Shown here piece after piece: positions 13,692 through 27,179 of a stretch of 64,000 nucleotides of DNA (positions within the stretch are counted from its first letter, which is position 1; each line of letters begins with the position of its first letter). Below the pieces are notes generated by a model, which ran no database searches, was not told where the DNA came from, and saw only the letters and a program-made list of their open reading frames with translations. This DNA is from Octopus sinensis (taxonomy: Eukaryota). The translations under genes were made by a program, and so were the position numbers. The stretch covers positions 13,640,001 to 13,704,000 of the forward strand of contig NC_043003.1 of NCBI RefSeq assembly GCF_006345805.1. Reading direction: 5' to 3'.

Positions 13692-13825
13692 GTTTAGCAT
13701 TCATAAGGTGACCACACATGAAACCTGGGTACCATAGGCATCTTTAGTTCTTTGAACAGATGGGAGAATTAACACAGAAATGGACAAAAATATCTGATAT
13801 TTCCTTCCTTACATCTTTTATACCT

Positions 13826-14056
13826 ATTTCTTTACTATCCACAAGGGGCTAAACACAGAGGGGACAAACAAGGACAGACAAACGGATTAAGTCGATTACA
13901 TTGACCCCAGTGCGTAACTGGTACTTATTTAATCGACCCCGAAAGGATGAAAGGCAAAGTCGACCCCGGTGGAATTTGAACTCAGAACGTAATGGTAGAC
14001 GAAATACAGTTAAGCATTTCAGCCAATGTGCTAACGTTTCTGCCTGCTCGCCGCCT
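13826..14056 (-). mobile_element. Family B SINE, full length
   Basis: Reverse complement of the 20342 consensus; flanked by the direct repeat TTATACCT (putative TSD). Confidence 0.85.
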
Positions 14057-14630
14057 TATACCTTGAAATTTTTATACCTTGAGTTCAAATTCATCTCAGA
14101 TCAAGTTTGTGTTTTATTGTTCCCAAGCCAATAACTTAAATACTGGGTTTGAAGCAAAAGGTGATGCCCCATCTTGGCCACAGATTATTAACTGAAGCTA
14201 GTAAAAGAATAAAAAAGAGTATAAACTACCAATAAAAGCTCTATAATATTCTACAACCCGGAGAAGAGTAGATTACCATGTTATATCTGTGCAGTGCAGC
14301 ATTGGGACTTTGAGTTAGTGAAGCAAGAAACTCCTGTGTTCACTATTAAAAACGCAATGAACTATGTCATTTTTTGATGCTTTTGGGGGTTTCAAGTTAT
14401 TTAACTGATGACATGAGGGAATTGGTAAACGGAGATAGGAACTGGGGCAAACAAGCAGCGGTCACACTGGATTGATCAGCACAAATTTATAAATTTTAAA
14501 ATGGATACATCATTGTCATTATCGTTGTTGTCTAAGTCAACCTCAGCAGGATTTGAACTCAGAGCACAGTGGGACAGAACAAATACGACAAGGCACTATC
14601 TAATATCGTAATGACTATCAAATAGCTTCC

Positions 14631-14831
<201 letters not shown>

Positions 14832-14965
14832 AAACATTATTGGTGAATTGAAGAAACGGTTGTACCTCCAACCGTGCTGTTTACTGCTGTGATTTTTGCT
14901 ACTAAGGTATCGGTTAAACTTTTGATTAATCTACTACAAGATTATTCATCTTTCTATTTCACATA

Positions 14966-14996
<31 letters not shown>

Positions 14997-14997
14997 A

Positions 14998-15043
<46 letters not shown>

Positions 15044-16925
15044 ATATATATATGTGTGTGTATATATATATATAACGGGAAGCTTTATGAAAATAAACAA
15101 AAGACGAAGGCAGGTGGAAAACAAACGAACAATTGTATTAGTATGGCGCTCAGGAAATATAAATAAAACTATATATATATATATATGTGTGTATATATAT
15201 ATATATATTATATATATATATATTATAGATTGTTGCTAATTTGACCAAATGTTTTTTTTTTTTGTTTTTTTTTCAATATTTATTTTTGCTAGCAATAGCT
15301 GGTTCTTTTGGTCAAACTATCGTATCTCCAGCTGTTTCAGATGCCAAGATATTAAAATTTACCAAAGTGTAGTACAACAGTTTTGCTATGGAATAATGTA
15401 ACTATTTTTTTTGTTTTCTGAAAAAGCAGTGTTTTGAATTTATGACACTTCTGCATTATAGCAACGACATATAATTTTATATTTGGGTATATACCTTGTA
15501 GTATGCTGTTTAAAGCCCAGCCCACAGCTACCTGATCTCTACAACAGTATGGTGGTATATGCCACTGGATTTGCTTTAGGTATTTTTTGTATCCATAGAG
15601 TTTATCAAAAATATTATGAGAGAAAGAAAATGGTATTCTCAAAATGATTGTAGTGAATAAAGAGTCTTGTGAAGTCCCTTTTTTTTCTTTCACATATATA
15701 TATATATATACACATCATATATATATATATGTATGTGTATATATATGTGTATGTGTGTATGTATGTGTATATATATATATATATATATATAGATGTATAT
15801 GTATGTATATATATATAGATGTATGTGTATGTATATATATATAGATAGATGTATATGTTTGTATATATATATATATATATTTATGTATGTATGTATGTAT
15901 ATATATATATATATACATATGTATGTATGAATGAATGAATGTGTATGTGTGTATATATATAATATATATATATATATATATGAGTAACAACAAATACACA
16001 CACACACTAGACAGAGTTGAGATAGCAGTTACTGCTAGAGAAATAATTTAGAATTTCCTGTGGATGAAACAAGAATCTTTGAGAGGCCAAAGTATGACCA
16101 GATTAGCTTCTGAATCAACACAAACACCATACACAGGCTTTTGTTACAATCTGATATGACAGCTGAGCATTTATACACTGAAGAAAAACCAGTGTAGACT
16201 GTTTGGTATGTGGAGATCGCCGTGTGGGAAGGGGCTACAATATGATAGCCAATGCTATGAATGATTGTGTACAGTCAAGACTAACTCCTACTGAGAAGTA
16301 TTTTTTTGTGTGTGTGTTTTCCTTTATTCAACGTTGGGCAGATTTTAGATGGATATATAGACTGGTTAACACTGTGTTAGATTGACAGCCATTCACATAC
16401 ATGGAAATGAGATTTTATAAGTGTACATGTGATACAAAACAAGCCAATAGACTTTAGTACTACCCTCTCTGTTGGCTTTCATTAGTTTTTCTCCCTTTAA
16501 GTGGTTTTCTGCTAGCCATGCTGCCTGTGTCAACATTATAAGATTTGATTTCCACATGAGCAGTTCTTATGTATAACTTGGCTAACCCACCTACCTACCC
16601 CTTGAACTTAGCTTTTCCTTGTTAACTGAAAGACTTGGGATAAAGCTTGTTCTTTCTCTAGTTGTTGAAGGAGCAACTTGAATGATTAACAACTACACAC
16701 AAATGTGTGTGTGCATGTATGTGTGTGTGTGCATTTCTTAAGACTCAGCTAACAACACTAGTAAACAAAGAAGTTTCCTTCCAAACAGCAAACCCACAAT
16801 GCATTTTCCCTGGTTTTTCAGTAGCATACATAGTATTTTGAGATGAGATTTTCTTTCATTTTTCTTTATGAAAATCTACGAAAGATTTGTTCAAATCATT
16901 GTCAACGTAAAAAAAAAAAAAATCC

Positions 16926-17320
16926 AAGGTGTAGGAGTGGTTGTGTGGTAAGTAGCTTGCTTACCAACCACATGGTTCCGGGTTCAGTCCCACTGCGTGG
17001 TACTTTGGGCAACTGTCTTCTACTATAGCCTCAGGCTGACCAAAGACTTGTGAGTGGATCTGGTAGATGGAAACTGAAAGAAGTCCGTCATATATATATA
17101 TATATGTGTGTGAGTGTGTGTATATGTTTGTGTGTCCCCCCAACATCGCTTCACAACCGATGCTGGTGTGTTTACTTCCCCGTACTTAGCATTTCAGCAA
17201 AAGAGACTGATAGAATAAGTACTAGGCTTACAAATAATAAGTCCTGGAGTCAATTTGCTCAACTAAAGGCGGTGCTCCAGCATGGCCACAGTCAAATGAC
17301 TGAAACAAGTAAAAAGAGAG
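16926..17320 (+). mobile_element. Family A SINE inserted into the transposase fossil
   Basis: Full head-to-tail match to the 48575 copy. Confidence 0.85.
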
Positions 17321-17531
17321 TAAGCCTTTTTAAAACTATGCTTGCAACACTTTTACAACTAAGGCACAATGGCAAACCATAACAACAGATCTTACGATAA
17401 ATATACCATATATTTAATTGATTATCATGTATGTGACCAGAATAAGTAGCTGGCCCCATATTGAATCTGCTCAGCTTGTTCAGGATCTTAAGTCCTTTTT
17501 TGGAATTTTTTGAAATAAATCCCAAAATACT

Positions 17532-17760
17532 TTAACCCTTTCGTTACTGTATTTATTTTGAGATGTTCTGTGTTTCTTTCAATTACTTTAAATATAACAA
17601 AGGATTTAGTAAAACAACTTAGTTATCATTAAGCTAGTGTTAGGAACATAAATTGTGACTAAGGTTTGGTGGAAGATTTTAATTCAAAACTTATGAAAAT
17701 AAGACATTTGTACTACAGAGCCAGAGCCAGTTTCAGCTGGGTTGATAAGGAAAGGGTTCA
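17532..17760. mobile_element. TTAA-target MITE family P1
   Basis: TTAA-CCCTTTCGTTAC ... GAAAGGG-TTCA; copies at 18398-18625, ~33836-34010 and 43271-43480, with diverged copies at ~22400-22582 and 35550-35767. Confidence 0.8.
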
Positions 17761-17862
17761 AGTTTTCTATACTGATGCAGTTTTGCATGCTACTAACCAG
17801 CAATTACATTAATTTTCTCAACGAGCAAAACTACATTATTTAAAAATAATCTGGTGAAAATT

Positions 17863-18091
17863 TTAACCTTTTAGCATTTAAACCAGCCATATGAGGCCCA
17901 AAAATTCTACCTGTTTTATGTTCAAATTGACCTGACCCAGCCTCTGGCATCTACCTTACAATGTCATTTTAAAAATAAACAGGGCACACCATTGAAATCT
18001 CCAAGCTACAAGATAATGTATGATTAATTCAAAACGATCTGAATTAATATTCTTTACATTTGACAGAGTAATCTGAACGCTAAAGGGTCAA
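17863..18091. mobile_element. TTAA-target MITE family P2
   Basis: TTAA-CCTTTTAGCATTTAAAC ... CTGAACGCTAAAGGG-TCAA; copies at ~18672-19238, 22013-22226, 25265-25480, 31830-32058, 34076-34163 and 43251-43680. Confidence 0.8.
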
Positions 18092-18769
18092 ATACTTCAA
18101 ATGGTTGGAAAATATTTAACAAGATTTCTTGTCCAAGTCATTGGTGGTTATTGAATGGCAATGGTGGATCCGAGCAACGAAAACGAGCAATGCTTTTTTC
18201 TGCAATTCTCATGATATGGAGAGAATGGAGAGAACTATCATACTGGTTGATATCGCTGTAGTGTTAACATAATTGTTCATTGCAAAGAACACGCACAAGA
18301 TGGGTGTATCCAAACCTGTACTCGGAACATAGACATGTCTGATGTGATGAAACAATGTACTACTCGTTTCCTCATTCCATATGATGGACAAGTTTCTTTA
18401 ACTCTTTTGTTACTGTATTTATTTTGAGATGCTCTGTGTTTCTTTAAATTACTTTAAATATAACAAAGAATTTAGTAAAATAACTTAGTTATCATTCAGC
18501 TAGTGTTAGGAACATAAATTGTGACTACGGTTTGGTGGAAGATTTTAATTCAGAACTTATGAAAACAAGACATTTGTACTCAGAACCAGAGCTGGTTTCA
18601 GCTGGGTCGGTAACGAAAGGGTTAAATGAGGAAATGTGCAATGATAAAGGTCTGGACCCTCTGGATTTTAAACCTTTAACATTCAGATTTGTTTGTCAAA
18701 TGTAACACTTATTGTTTTGAATTTATCAGGCATTATCTTGTAGCTTCAAGATATCAATGGTTGCTTCCT

Positions 18770-19128
18770 TTTTCTTTTATTCTTTCAGTGGTTTCAGTCA
18801 TTTGACTGCGGCCATGCTGGAGCACCACCTTTAGTCGAACAAATTGACCGCAGGGCTTATTCTATTGGTCTCATTTGCCAAACTGCTAAGTTATGGGGAC
18901 ATAAACACACCAACATCAGTTGTGAAGCGATGGTGGGAGGACGGACACAGACACATACATATATATATATATATGACAGGCTTCTTTCAGTTTCTGTCTA
19001 CTAAATCCGCTCACAAGGCTTTGGTTGGACGCAGGCTATAGTAGAAGACACTTTTCCAAGGTGCCACGCAGTGGAACTGAACCTGGAACCATGTGGTTGG
19101 TAAGCAAGCTACTTACCACACAGCCACT
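18770..19128 (-). mobile_element. Family A SINE nested in a P2 MITE
   Basis: P2 sequence stops near 18765 and resumes at ttttagaatgatattgtaggg (~19128). Confidence 0.8.
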
Positions 19129-20341
19129 TTTAGAATGATATTGTAGGGTTGGTGTGAGAGATTGGATCTAGTCAGCTTTTATATAAAACAAGTAGAATAT
19201 TTGGACTGGATATGACTGGATTAAATGCTAAAAGGTTACACACATGCTTGAAGGAAACCTGGAGAGAAGATTACGGAAGAGTATCTGAATCATTTATTGT
19301 TGTTTAAAAGGAAGGCAGACTTTTACACCTCATGATCAAAGAAGTAAGGTAATGGACTTGAAGAAAATAAGCAAGCAACTGAGTCACAATCAAAAGCAAT
19401 GATGGCCCACTGTATTATTGCAGGCGAAATAAATATCAGAGGTGCTTTGTCCCATGCAGAATCTGCAGGAGTAGCTTAGAGATTCTGCAAGCTCTTCTCT
19501 CTGTGGAGCAGCTTAGAGATACTGCAAGCTCTTCTCTCTGTGGAACAGTAAATCCTCCGATTATGAAAGTGGATAGTTATAAAGGCACAGGCTGTTGGAT
19601 GTCTTAAAAGTACACTTCTGATGGTCTCAAAAAGTTTTTGATGCAGTACACAACAAGCAAGTAGAATGAATACTTTCACTGAGATTTTCACGCAAAGGAA
19701 ACACAATACGAGAGATTTTGGAATGAAAATGTAACAGCTGGCTATTATTGTTGGCTGCTATTTAGCAATGACCTAGACTAAGTTTATTTGAGAAACACCA
19801 TATTCACAACACATTTGAAAACTTGTATAATGTATATATATTTTTTTTAATTGTATGAGTAATTAATTGAATCTATGATATATAAATGAGTTTTAAAATT
19901 AATTATGTATTAATTAATCAAGTATATGCTGTGTGTACATTTGTTCAAGCAGTAAAATTTCATATAAAATGTTATTTAACACATCTAAAGTAATGATGCA
20001 ATTGAGAAAAATAAAAATTGACACATTCCACAAAATTGTTGAGGAAAACAACAAAAAAAAAAACTTGAAGATTCGGAATTAGCCATCAAAATGAATTCAG
20101 GGTTTACTCCATCAAATGGATTCCAATATTTATTTGTTTACCGTCTGTTACATATTCTGTTCCTTTTTCCATTTTTTTTCTCTTCCAAACTGCTAAGTTA
20201 CTGGGATGTAAAAAAAACAACACCAGTTGTCAAATAGTACAAGAAACAAACACAATTCTCTCTCTCTCTCTCTCTGACAGACACACACCTGTATGTATAC
20301 AATGGTTTTCCTTACAGTTTCCATTAACTATATTCACTCAT

Positions 20342-20573
20342 AAGGCAGCGAGCTGGCAGAAACGTTAGCATGCCGGGCGAAATTCGTAGCCGTATTTCGT
20401 CTGTCGTTGCGTTCCGAGTTCAAATTCCGCCGAGGTCGACTTTGCCTTTCATCCTTTCGGGGTCGATAAATTAAGTACCAGTTACGCACTGGGGTCGATG
20501 TAATCGACTTAATCCCTTTGTCTGTCCTTGTTTGTCCCCTCTGTGTTTAGCCCCTTGTGGGTAGAAAGAAATA
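20342..20573 (+). mobile_element. Family B SINE, young, with a long TSD
   Basis: Intact A/B boxes and GCCTTTCATCCTTTCGGGGTCGATAAATTAAGTACCAG; the direct repeat TATATTCACTCATAAGGCA lies at 20329-20347 and 20574-20592. Confidence 0.92.
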
Positions 20574-20946
20574 TATATTCACTCATAAGGCAATTGGTCA
20601 GCCTGAAGACCAACAAGGCATTTGCTCTAGATGCTGAACAGGACTAAAATTAAAACCACTTGCTAGCAAAATGAACTCCCTTACTACAGAGCTAAGTAAG
20701 ACAAGCCAACCCTAATTAGTCTGTAATGACAACAGAAACACTGATTTTAATTATTGATGAATCAACAACTAAAAAAACACCTTCGTTTTCTTAAGACATT
20801 TATCTGTAACACAATGACTATTGGTTTGAATGGTTATTGATGAAAAAATCAAATATTTAAACAAGTGACATAATTTTAAATTACCATTAAATATACACAC
20901 ATACATACATATATATATAAACACACATATATACATATACACATGC

Positions 20947-21008
<62 letters not shown>

Positions 21009-23434
21009 CATACACACACGCACACACACATATACATACATGCATACAACACACACATATATACATACATGCATACACACACACACATATATACATACAT
21101 GCACATATATATATAAACACACACATATACACATGCATATACATATATATAAACACATACATTATACATACACATATACACACATGCATATATATATATA
21201 TATATAACACATCCATTACATATACACACACACAAACATACACACACACACACACACACATGCATACATATGTAAATTATGTGTCTGTGTGTGTCCTTTT
21301 CAATAATGAAAAAACAAATTAATAGAAGCCTCAACAGCAAACTCAATGAATTATGAAATACATTTCTAAAAATCTAACTTGGAGCTGGTGATTTAAGAGA
21401 TACTTTAACCAATGTTCTCTATATTTACAGGTTGTTAGTTCGTTCAACTCAAACTTTGCTAGTTCACTTCTAATAGAGAAGCTTATCTCCATTTACCACA
21501 ATAATTCTTAAATGTTGTTTAATGGGAAATGGGAGAGTTTGGGGTTATAAGCATTTCAAGCAGGGTCTGTGTGCATGTGTGTGTGATTGTGTATATCGAA
21601 AGGGGTTGCTGTTGATAGGAGGGGGTCCAGATAGGAGAGAGCTCTGATCAAAGGTAATTTCAGCCATGACCACCCTGTCTTTTTGGATAAAAGGAACTAT
21701 GTTGTCAAATGTGTTCTTTTGATTTTTAATGCAGTAAAGTGTGATCCGAGGGAGACTTGGCTGCAATTTCTTGCAGAGCAAGCAATCATGAAGAGGCTTG
21801 CCTGTTACAATGAAAACCTCCTTGGTTTATGAAGTAGGTGACCAATAAAGGTAGATGGATTGGTAGCGTTAGAGAAAAAGAGGGGTGTTGGGCGTTAGAT
21901 AGGAAATGGAACAAGATTGAAAGGATTCGCCAATTGCCATGTTACAGAACCATCTGATTATTCCAACAAAACCTCACTCACCTATACATAGGGGTTACAA
22001 AGACTGGATGGTTTAACCTTTTAGCATTTAAACTAGCCATATCCGGCCAAAATATACCTGTTTTCTGTTCAAAATGGCCAGATCCAGCCTCTCTCACTTA
22101 CCCTGCAAAGCAATTCTAAAAACAATCACATCATTTAAGTCTCAAAGCTACAAGAGAATACAGGATTAATTTTTTAAAACGTGGAAAAGCATTACATTTG
22201 ACAAAGTAATCTGAATGCTAAAAGGTGAGACCAGTGGGTTCTCACAAAGGTAGATACCAAACCCCACCCCACCCCAATATAGCGAAATTTTTACCCCCTA
22301 TTTATGAGAAAGTAATCTTGTATCCAAATAATTCTTTTTCCTTCACTAATAGGGATCAACAAGTTAAAAAAAAAGACAATTTAAATATGTAAATTTATTG
22401 AAAACCTTTTTGTTACTATATTTCTTTTGAAGAATTTAGCAAAATAACTCATTAGTCATTATTAAGCTGGCTTGTGGAACCTAAGAGTAAATTAAGTTTT
22501 GATGGAAAGTTTTAATTTAAATAATTTTAAAAATTGAAATTTGTATCGTAGAAATAGAGATAGATCCCTATCAAAAGGGTTGCATAGCAATTTGTCTGCC
22601 TTGCTTTTCAATCCTTACAGTAACTCACTATATGAAGCACTAGTTTAAATGGTATTGAGTTCTTTCTCATCCTCATCGTCAAATGTGCGTTTTCCATGCT
22701 GGAACTGGTTGGACAGTTTGACTGAGGTCTCCAATCTGATCTCATTCATAGATATTAAGTAAGTTGACCCTACAAATTTTTTTCAGCTGCCGGGGTAGAC
22801 ATTTTTCTCACTTGACTTATGCTGTTAGTTACCCTAGAGAAATGCATGAACATCCTATAATCTCACTTCCTCATTTCCCTTCTATGTAACATATTGTGCT
22901 AGTGTGATAAGAGATGAAAGCATATTTCCGTGATCTTTACCACTAGACGCCTGCATGCACAAACACATATAACACACCACAGACTTACGTAACAGTAAAA
23001 GATGTATTTAGAAATATCTGGCGCCAAACTAGATATCTGAAAATATCTGCTTAGATTATCCACCTCCTGTAACCCTGCCGCTGGCTTGAGCAATGATAAT
23101 TCAGCCACATACTTCAGTCTTTGAAGAACTGACCCAATCATCTCAAACTGGAATTTAATAACATGGGTGCCTGCACCCCTCTTCCGAACTTCGAGGGATA
23201 AACAACAGCTTTGTACTTGAGTTTGAGTTAGTCAATATCCCCACACTGTTGGACTATGGAGATGAAAATCCTTGAAATACTAAACCAGACCAGCTATGTT
23301 ATCAGTTGATGTGATAATATCTAGTTTGTTGAACCACACAACCGTATTTATTGGTACATTATTTCATTCTATGACACGACACTTCAGTAAGCATCAAGTA
23401 CACAAAGTCAACAGCCAGAAGAGTGAAACCTGTT

Positions 23435-23468
<34 letters not shown>

Positions 23469-23553
23469 TGTGTGTTTGTGTGTGTGTGTATGTATGTATG
23501 TATGTATGTATGTATGTATGTATGTATGTATGTATGTATGTATATATATATAT

Positions 23554-23956
23554 ATATTATATAATATTATTAGAGACAAAACCACTTTGTTGATAGGTTT
23601 ATTTTAGTTTATATATTGTTTATATATTGATTATATATGGATTATATATAGATTATATATTCATATTTTTTCATTAATACTTTAATTATTTTAAAATTAT
23701 TATTTTTATATTTTAAAATATTGATATTTTAGATTGGAAGTCCACCTGAAGATTGTCGATCAAGACAAGAAACAATTGTAGTGGCGGTTTTTTTGACTTT
23801 TTATTAAAATTTTATGTATTGATTAAGTCTTTCCTTGTTTGTTTTGCAAAATAGTGGTTTTGTCTCTAATAATATTATATAATATTTTACTATAAAATTG
23901 GATTTAATCCTAAATCTGATTTTTTCCCTGTAAATTTGGATTTATTCCCTAATATT

Positions 23957-23962
<6 letters not shown>
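23554..23962 (+). mobile_element. Penelope-like pLTR fragment with an inverted 33-bp 5' piece, in (TA)n
   Basis: 23554-23586 is the exact reverse complement of 23853-23885; contains the hammerhead below; flanked by (TA)n. Confidence 0.65.
23742..23784 (+). ncRNA. Minimal type I hammerhead ribozyme, canonical core
   Basis: CCAC-CTGAAGA-TTGTC-gatcaa-GACAA-GAAAC-aatt-GTA-GTGG: stem I CCAC/GTGG, core CUGANGA, 5-bp stem II, GAAA, palindromic stem III (ACAATTGT), GUA cleavage triplet. Confidence 0.85.
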
Positions 23963-24023
<61 letters not shown>

Positions 24024-24162
24024 CACTTCTCTCTCTTTGTAAAATCCTTTACTGTCCACTTTTTCATCTATCTATATGTATATCTATCTATCTGTATAAC
24101 TATCTAACTTTATAACTGTCTATCTATCTATAGATGTCTATCTAACTATAGATATCTATCTA

Positions 24163-24356
24163 TAGATCGGTAGCCACTACACACAGTTTTTTTCTCTCTT
24201 TGTTTCTCTCCTTGTTTTTTTCTGTGTCCTTTTCTGTAGAGGAGCGTAGGCTCGAAACGTAAAAGACTTTTTCAATTCCCGAGCATTATACAATACATCT
24301 GTTTGTTTTGTACACCACCTGTCTTCGTCTTTTGTTTTTTCGTGAACTCTCCCCCT
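24163..24356 (+). mobile_element. Penelope-like ~190-bp repeat (family H2) with a hammerhead-like motif
   Basis: Starts GATCGGTAGCCACTACAC, ends GTGAACTCTCCCC; motif TTT-CTGTAGA-G-GAGC-GTAG-GCTC-GAAAC-GTA-AAAG at ~24231-24265; lies in (TATC)n. Confidence 0.65.
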
Positions 24357-25939
24357 ATCTTTCTGTATATCTATCTATCTATCTATCTATCCATATATCT
24401 CTATCTATTTGTCTATCTACCTACCTACACATTCAAAGAAACACAACTAATGCTAACAACTTCTGATTGCAAAAAAAAAACTACATCCAGCTCAGCCAGT
24501 ATTCTTACAGCACTTACAAGCAAAAGACTAAAGAGATTCCCTTTCCTTTTCAGGAGGCAGCGAAGACTATCCAGAACGGGATATAATTTGTTTTAGTTTT
24601 TATCTAAACAGCAAACAAATCCACGATAAGAAGTCGAAAGAATGTAGTTTCTGTTCATTTTGTCATGAGATGAATTTGCTGTAAGCTATAACAAATTACC
24701 TTACGACATACGGACATACGTCACACGCTTTCTTTATCTATTACTGTGTTGTTGCTCTCAAGAAAGCAAGATATCTTCTTAATGAGATGTATGGTCTGAA
24801 AAGCTGAATCTGTAGTACATACTGCAGCATATATGGTTTCTGGTTTATGGTTGTATAGTATATTGTTTTACAGCTTATTTTTCCCTGGTGTCATTATTGC
24901 TAATGGAGTTTGGAGTTGGTTTAGAAAGCGTACTGGAGATTAAGATTACAAAATTATTAGATTTAAAAGATATAAGTTCTATGCATACTTGTTGCAGCCG
25001 GCAATAACAGACATGTTGAAGAATACGTACTAGGGAAAGAAAACAACAAACAAAAAACAAATAAAGCAAAACAGAAAAAAACAACACTATTGTCCAATGA
25101 TTTTTGTTGAACGGTAAAAGAAAGAAAAGAAAAAAATATGTAAAAAAAACAACAAAAAACAAGCTATGTCCATGTGATGAAATACTGAATGCTAATCGCA
25201 CATGTACCACATCTCTCTAATACATTATATACACATGTGTAGCTTATTCTATAATTAGATAGATTTAACCCTTTAGTGTTCAGATTACTCTGTTAAATGT
25301 AATACTTTTTCACTCAAATTGTTTTGAATTAATCATGCATTATGTTTATAGCTTTGAAGTTTCAATGATGTGATTGTTTATTTTTAGAATGTCAATGTAG
25401 GTTAGGTGTGAGAGGCTAGATATGGCCAGTTTGAATATAAAATATGTGGAATATCTGGGCCAGATATTTTAAAGGGTTAAAATGGCAAAAAATAAGAAGT
25501 GAGTATCAATCTTAGAGTTTGCTGGTGTATATAAAGATGCAAGCGTGGCTGTATGGTTAAGAAATTTGCTTCTCAACTGCACAGCTTTGGGTTCAGTCCC
25601 ATTGCGTGGCACATTGGGCAAGTGTCTTCAATGATATTCTTAGGCTGACCGATGCCTTACAAGAGAATTTGATTGATTGAAACTGAGAGAAAAACATGAC
25701 AAAAAAGTCATTTACACCAATGGTTCTCAGCCATTTTTTTTCTTTTTCACTAATGGACCGCTTTGGTTACTATTTTATTCAAATTCCACTGAGGGTGACT
25801 TTGCTCTTCATCCTTCTGGGGTCGATAAAATAAGTACCAGTCGAGCACTGGGGTTGATGTAATCAACTATTGCCCTCCCCAAGAATGTCAGGCCTTGTGC
25901 CTATATTCACAGGACACTCATGTGTATATATTTCTTTTC

Positions 25940-26278
25940 TTTTTTTTCTTTTGTTTGTTTCAGTCATTTAACTGCGGCCATGCTGGAGCACCACCTTTAG
26001 TCGAATAAATCAACTCCAGGGCATATTCTTAGTAAGCCTAGTACTTATTCTATCAGTCTCTTTTGCCAAACCGATAAGTTTGTCAAGCAATGGCGGGGGG
26101 ACAAACACAGACACAAACAAACATATATATACAACGGGCATCTTTACAGTTTCCATCTACCAAATCTACTCAGCTTGAGACTATAGTAGAAGACACTAAC
26201 TCAAGGTGCCACGCAGTGGGACTGAACCAAGAACCATGTGGTTGGCAAGCAAGCTACTTACCACACAGCCACCCCTGC
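25940..26278 (-). mobile_element. Family A SINE, internally deleted
   Basis: Head and tail match the consensus. Confidence 0.75.
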
Positions 26279-26287
26279 ATGATAGAT

Positions 26288-26448
26288 AGATAGCCACTAC
26301 ACATTCTTTATTTTCTCTCCTTGTTCCTTTCTATGGAAGAGCATAGGCTCGAAACGTAAAAGACTTTTTCACTTCCCAAGCGTTATACTAATACATCTGT
26401 TTGTTGTCTACACCACCTGTCTTCGTCTTTTGCTTTTTTGTGAATTCT

Positions 26449-26452
<4 letters not shown>
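26288..26452 (+). mobile_element. Family H2 repeat
   Basis: CTTT-CTATGGA-A-GAGC-ATAG-GCTC-GAAAC-GTA-AAAG; followed by (TA)n. Confidence 0.65.
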
Positions 26453-26496
<44 letters not shown>

Positions 26497-27128
26497 ATAT
26501 ATATATAACCATGCATATAAACATGCATACACACATACATTAAAATATATAGTGAAACATGCAGACAGATATAAATGTCAGTAATCTAACATACATATAT
26601 GAGTCTTTTCAGAGTTGCTTAACCTGCTAGAAATAATATGCAAATCTCAACCGCATCAGAACCCCACCCTCAAATAAAGGAAGGACATGATGGCCATGGC
26701 TTGAAAGCCTTATAGCATAGATCTTTTATCTTTTACTTGTTTCAGTCATTGGACTGCAGCCATGCTGGGGCACTGACTTGAAGAATTTTTAGTCGAAGGA
26801 GTTGGCCCCAGTATCCATTTTTTAAAGCTTGTTACTTATTCTACTGGTGTCTTTTGCTGAACCGCTAAGTTACAGAGATGTAAAAACAGACCAACACCAT
26901 TTGTCAAGTGGTAGTGGTTAACAAAAACACACATATATATACACATACATACATACACACACATATATATATACACATACATACACACATACATACACAC
27001 ATATACATACACACATACATATACATACACACACACACACACACATACATATACATACACACACACACATACATATACATACACACACACACATACATAT
27101 ACATACACACACACACATACATATACAT

Positions 27129-27179
<51 letters not shown>

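Larger units (their letters stand above)
16879..19760 (+). pseudogene. Fragmented DNA transposase fossil, Chapaev3-like (CMC superfamily; classification inferred)
   Basis: Collinear motifs read by hand: RKICSNH (16879), YACNTFTTKAQWQTITTDL (17337), DQNK*LAP (17434), RAMLFSAILMIWRE (18184), VYPNLYS (18304), NSKSSDYE..SYKGTGCWMS/KVH (~19545-19615), FH*DFHAKETQYERFWNENVTAGYYCW (~19675-19754). Contains stops, frameshifts and several insertions. Confidence 0.75.

Noticed and set aside
24554-24680. Plus-strand candidate exon (TTTTCAG| ... CT|GTAAGC)
   Set aside because: Peptide is unrecognisable, has no partner exons, and is compatible with chance in 64 kb.
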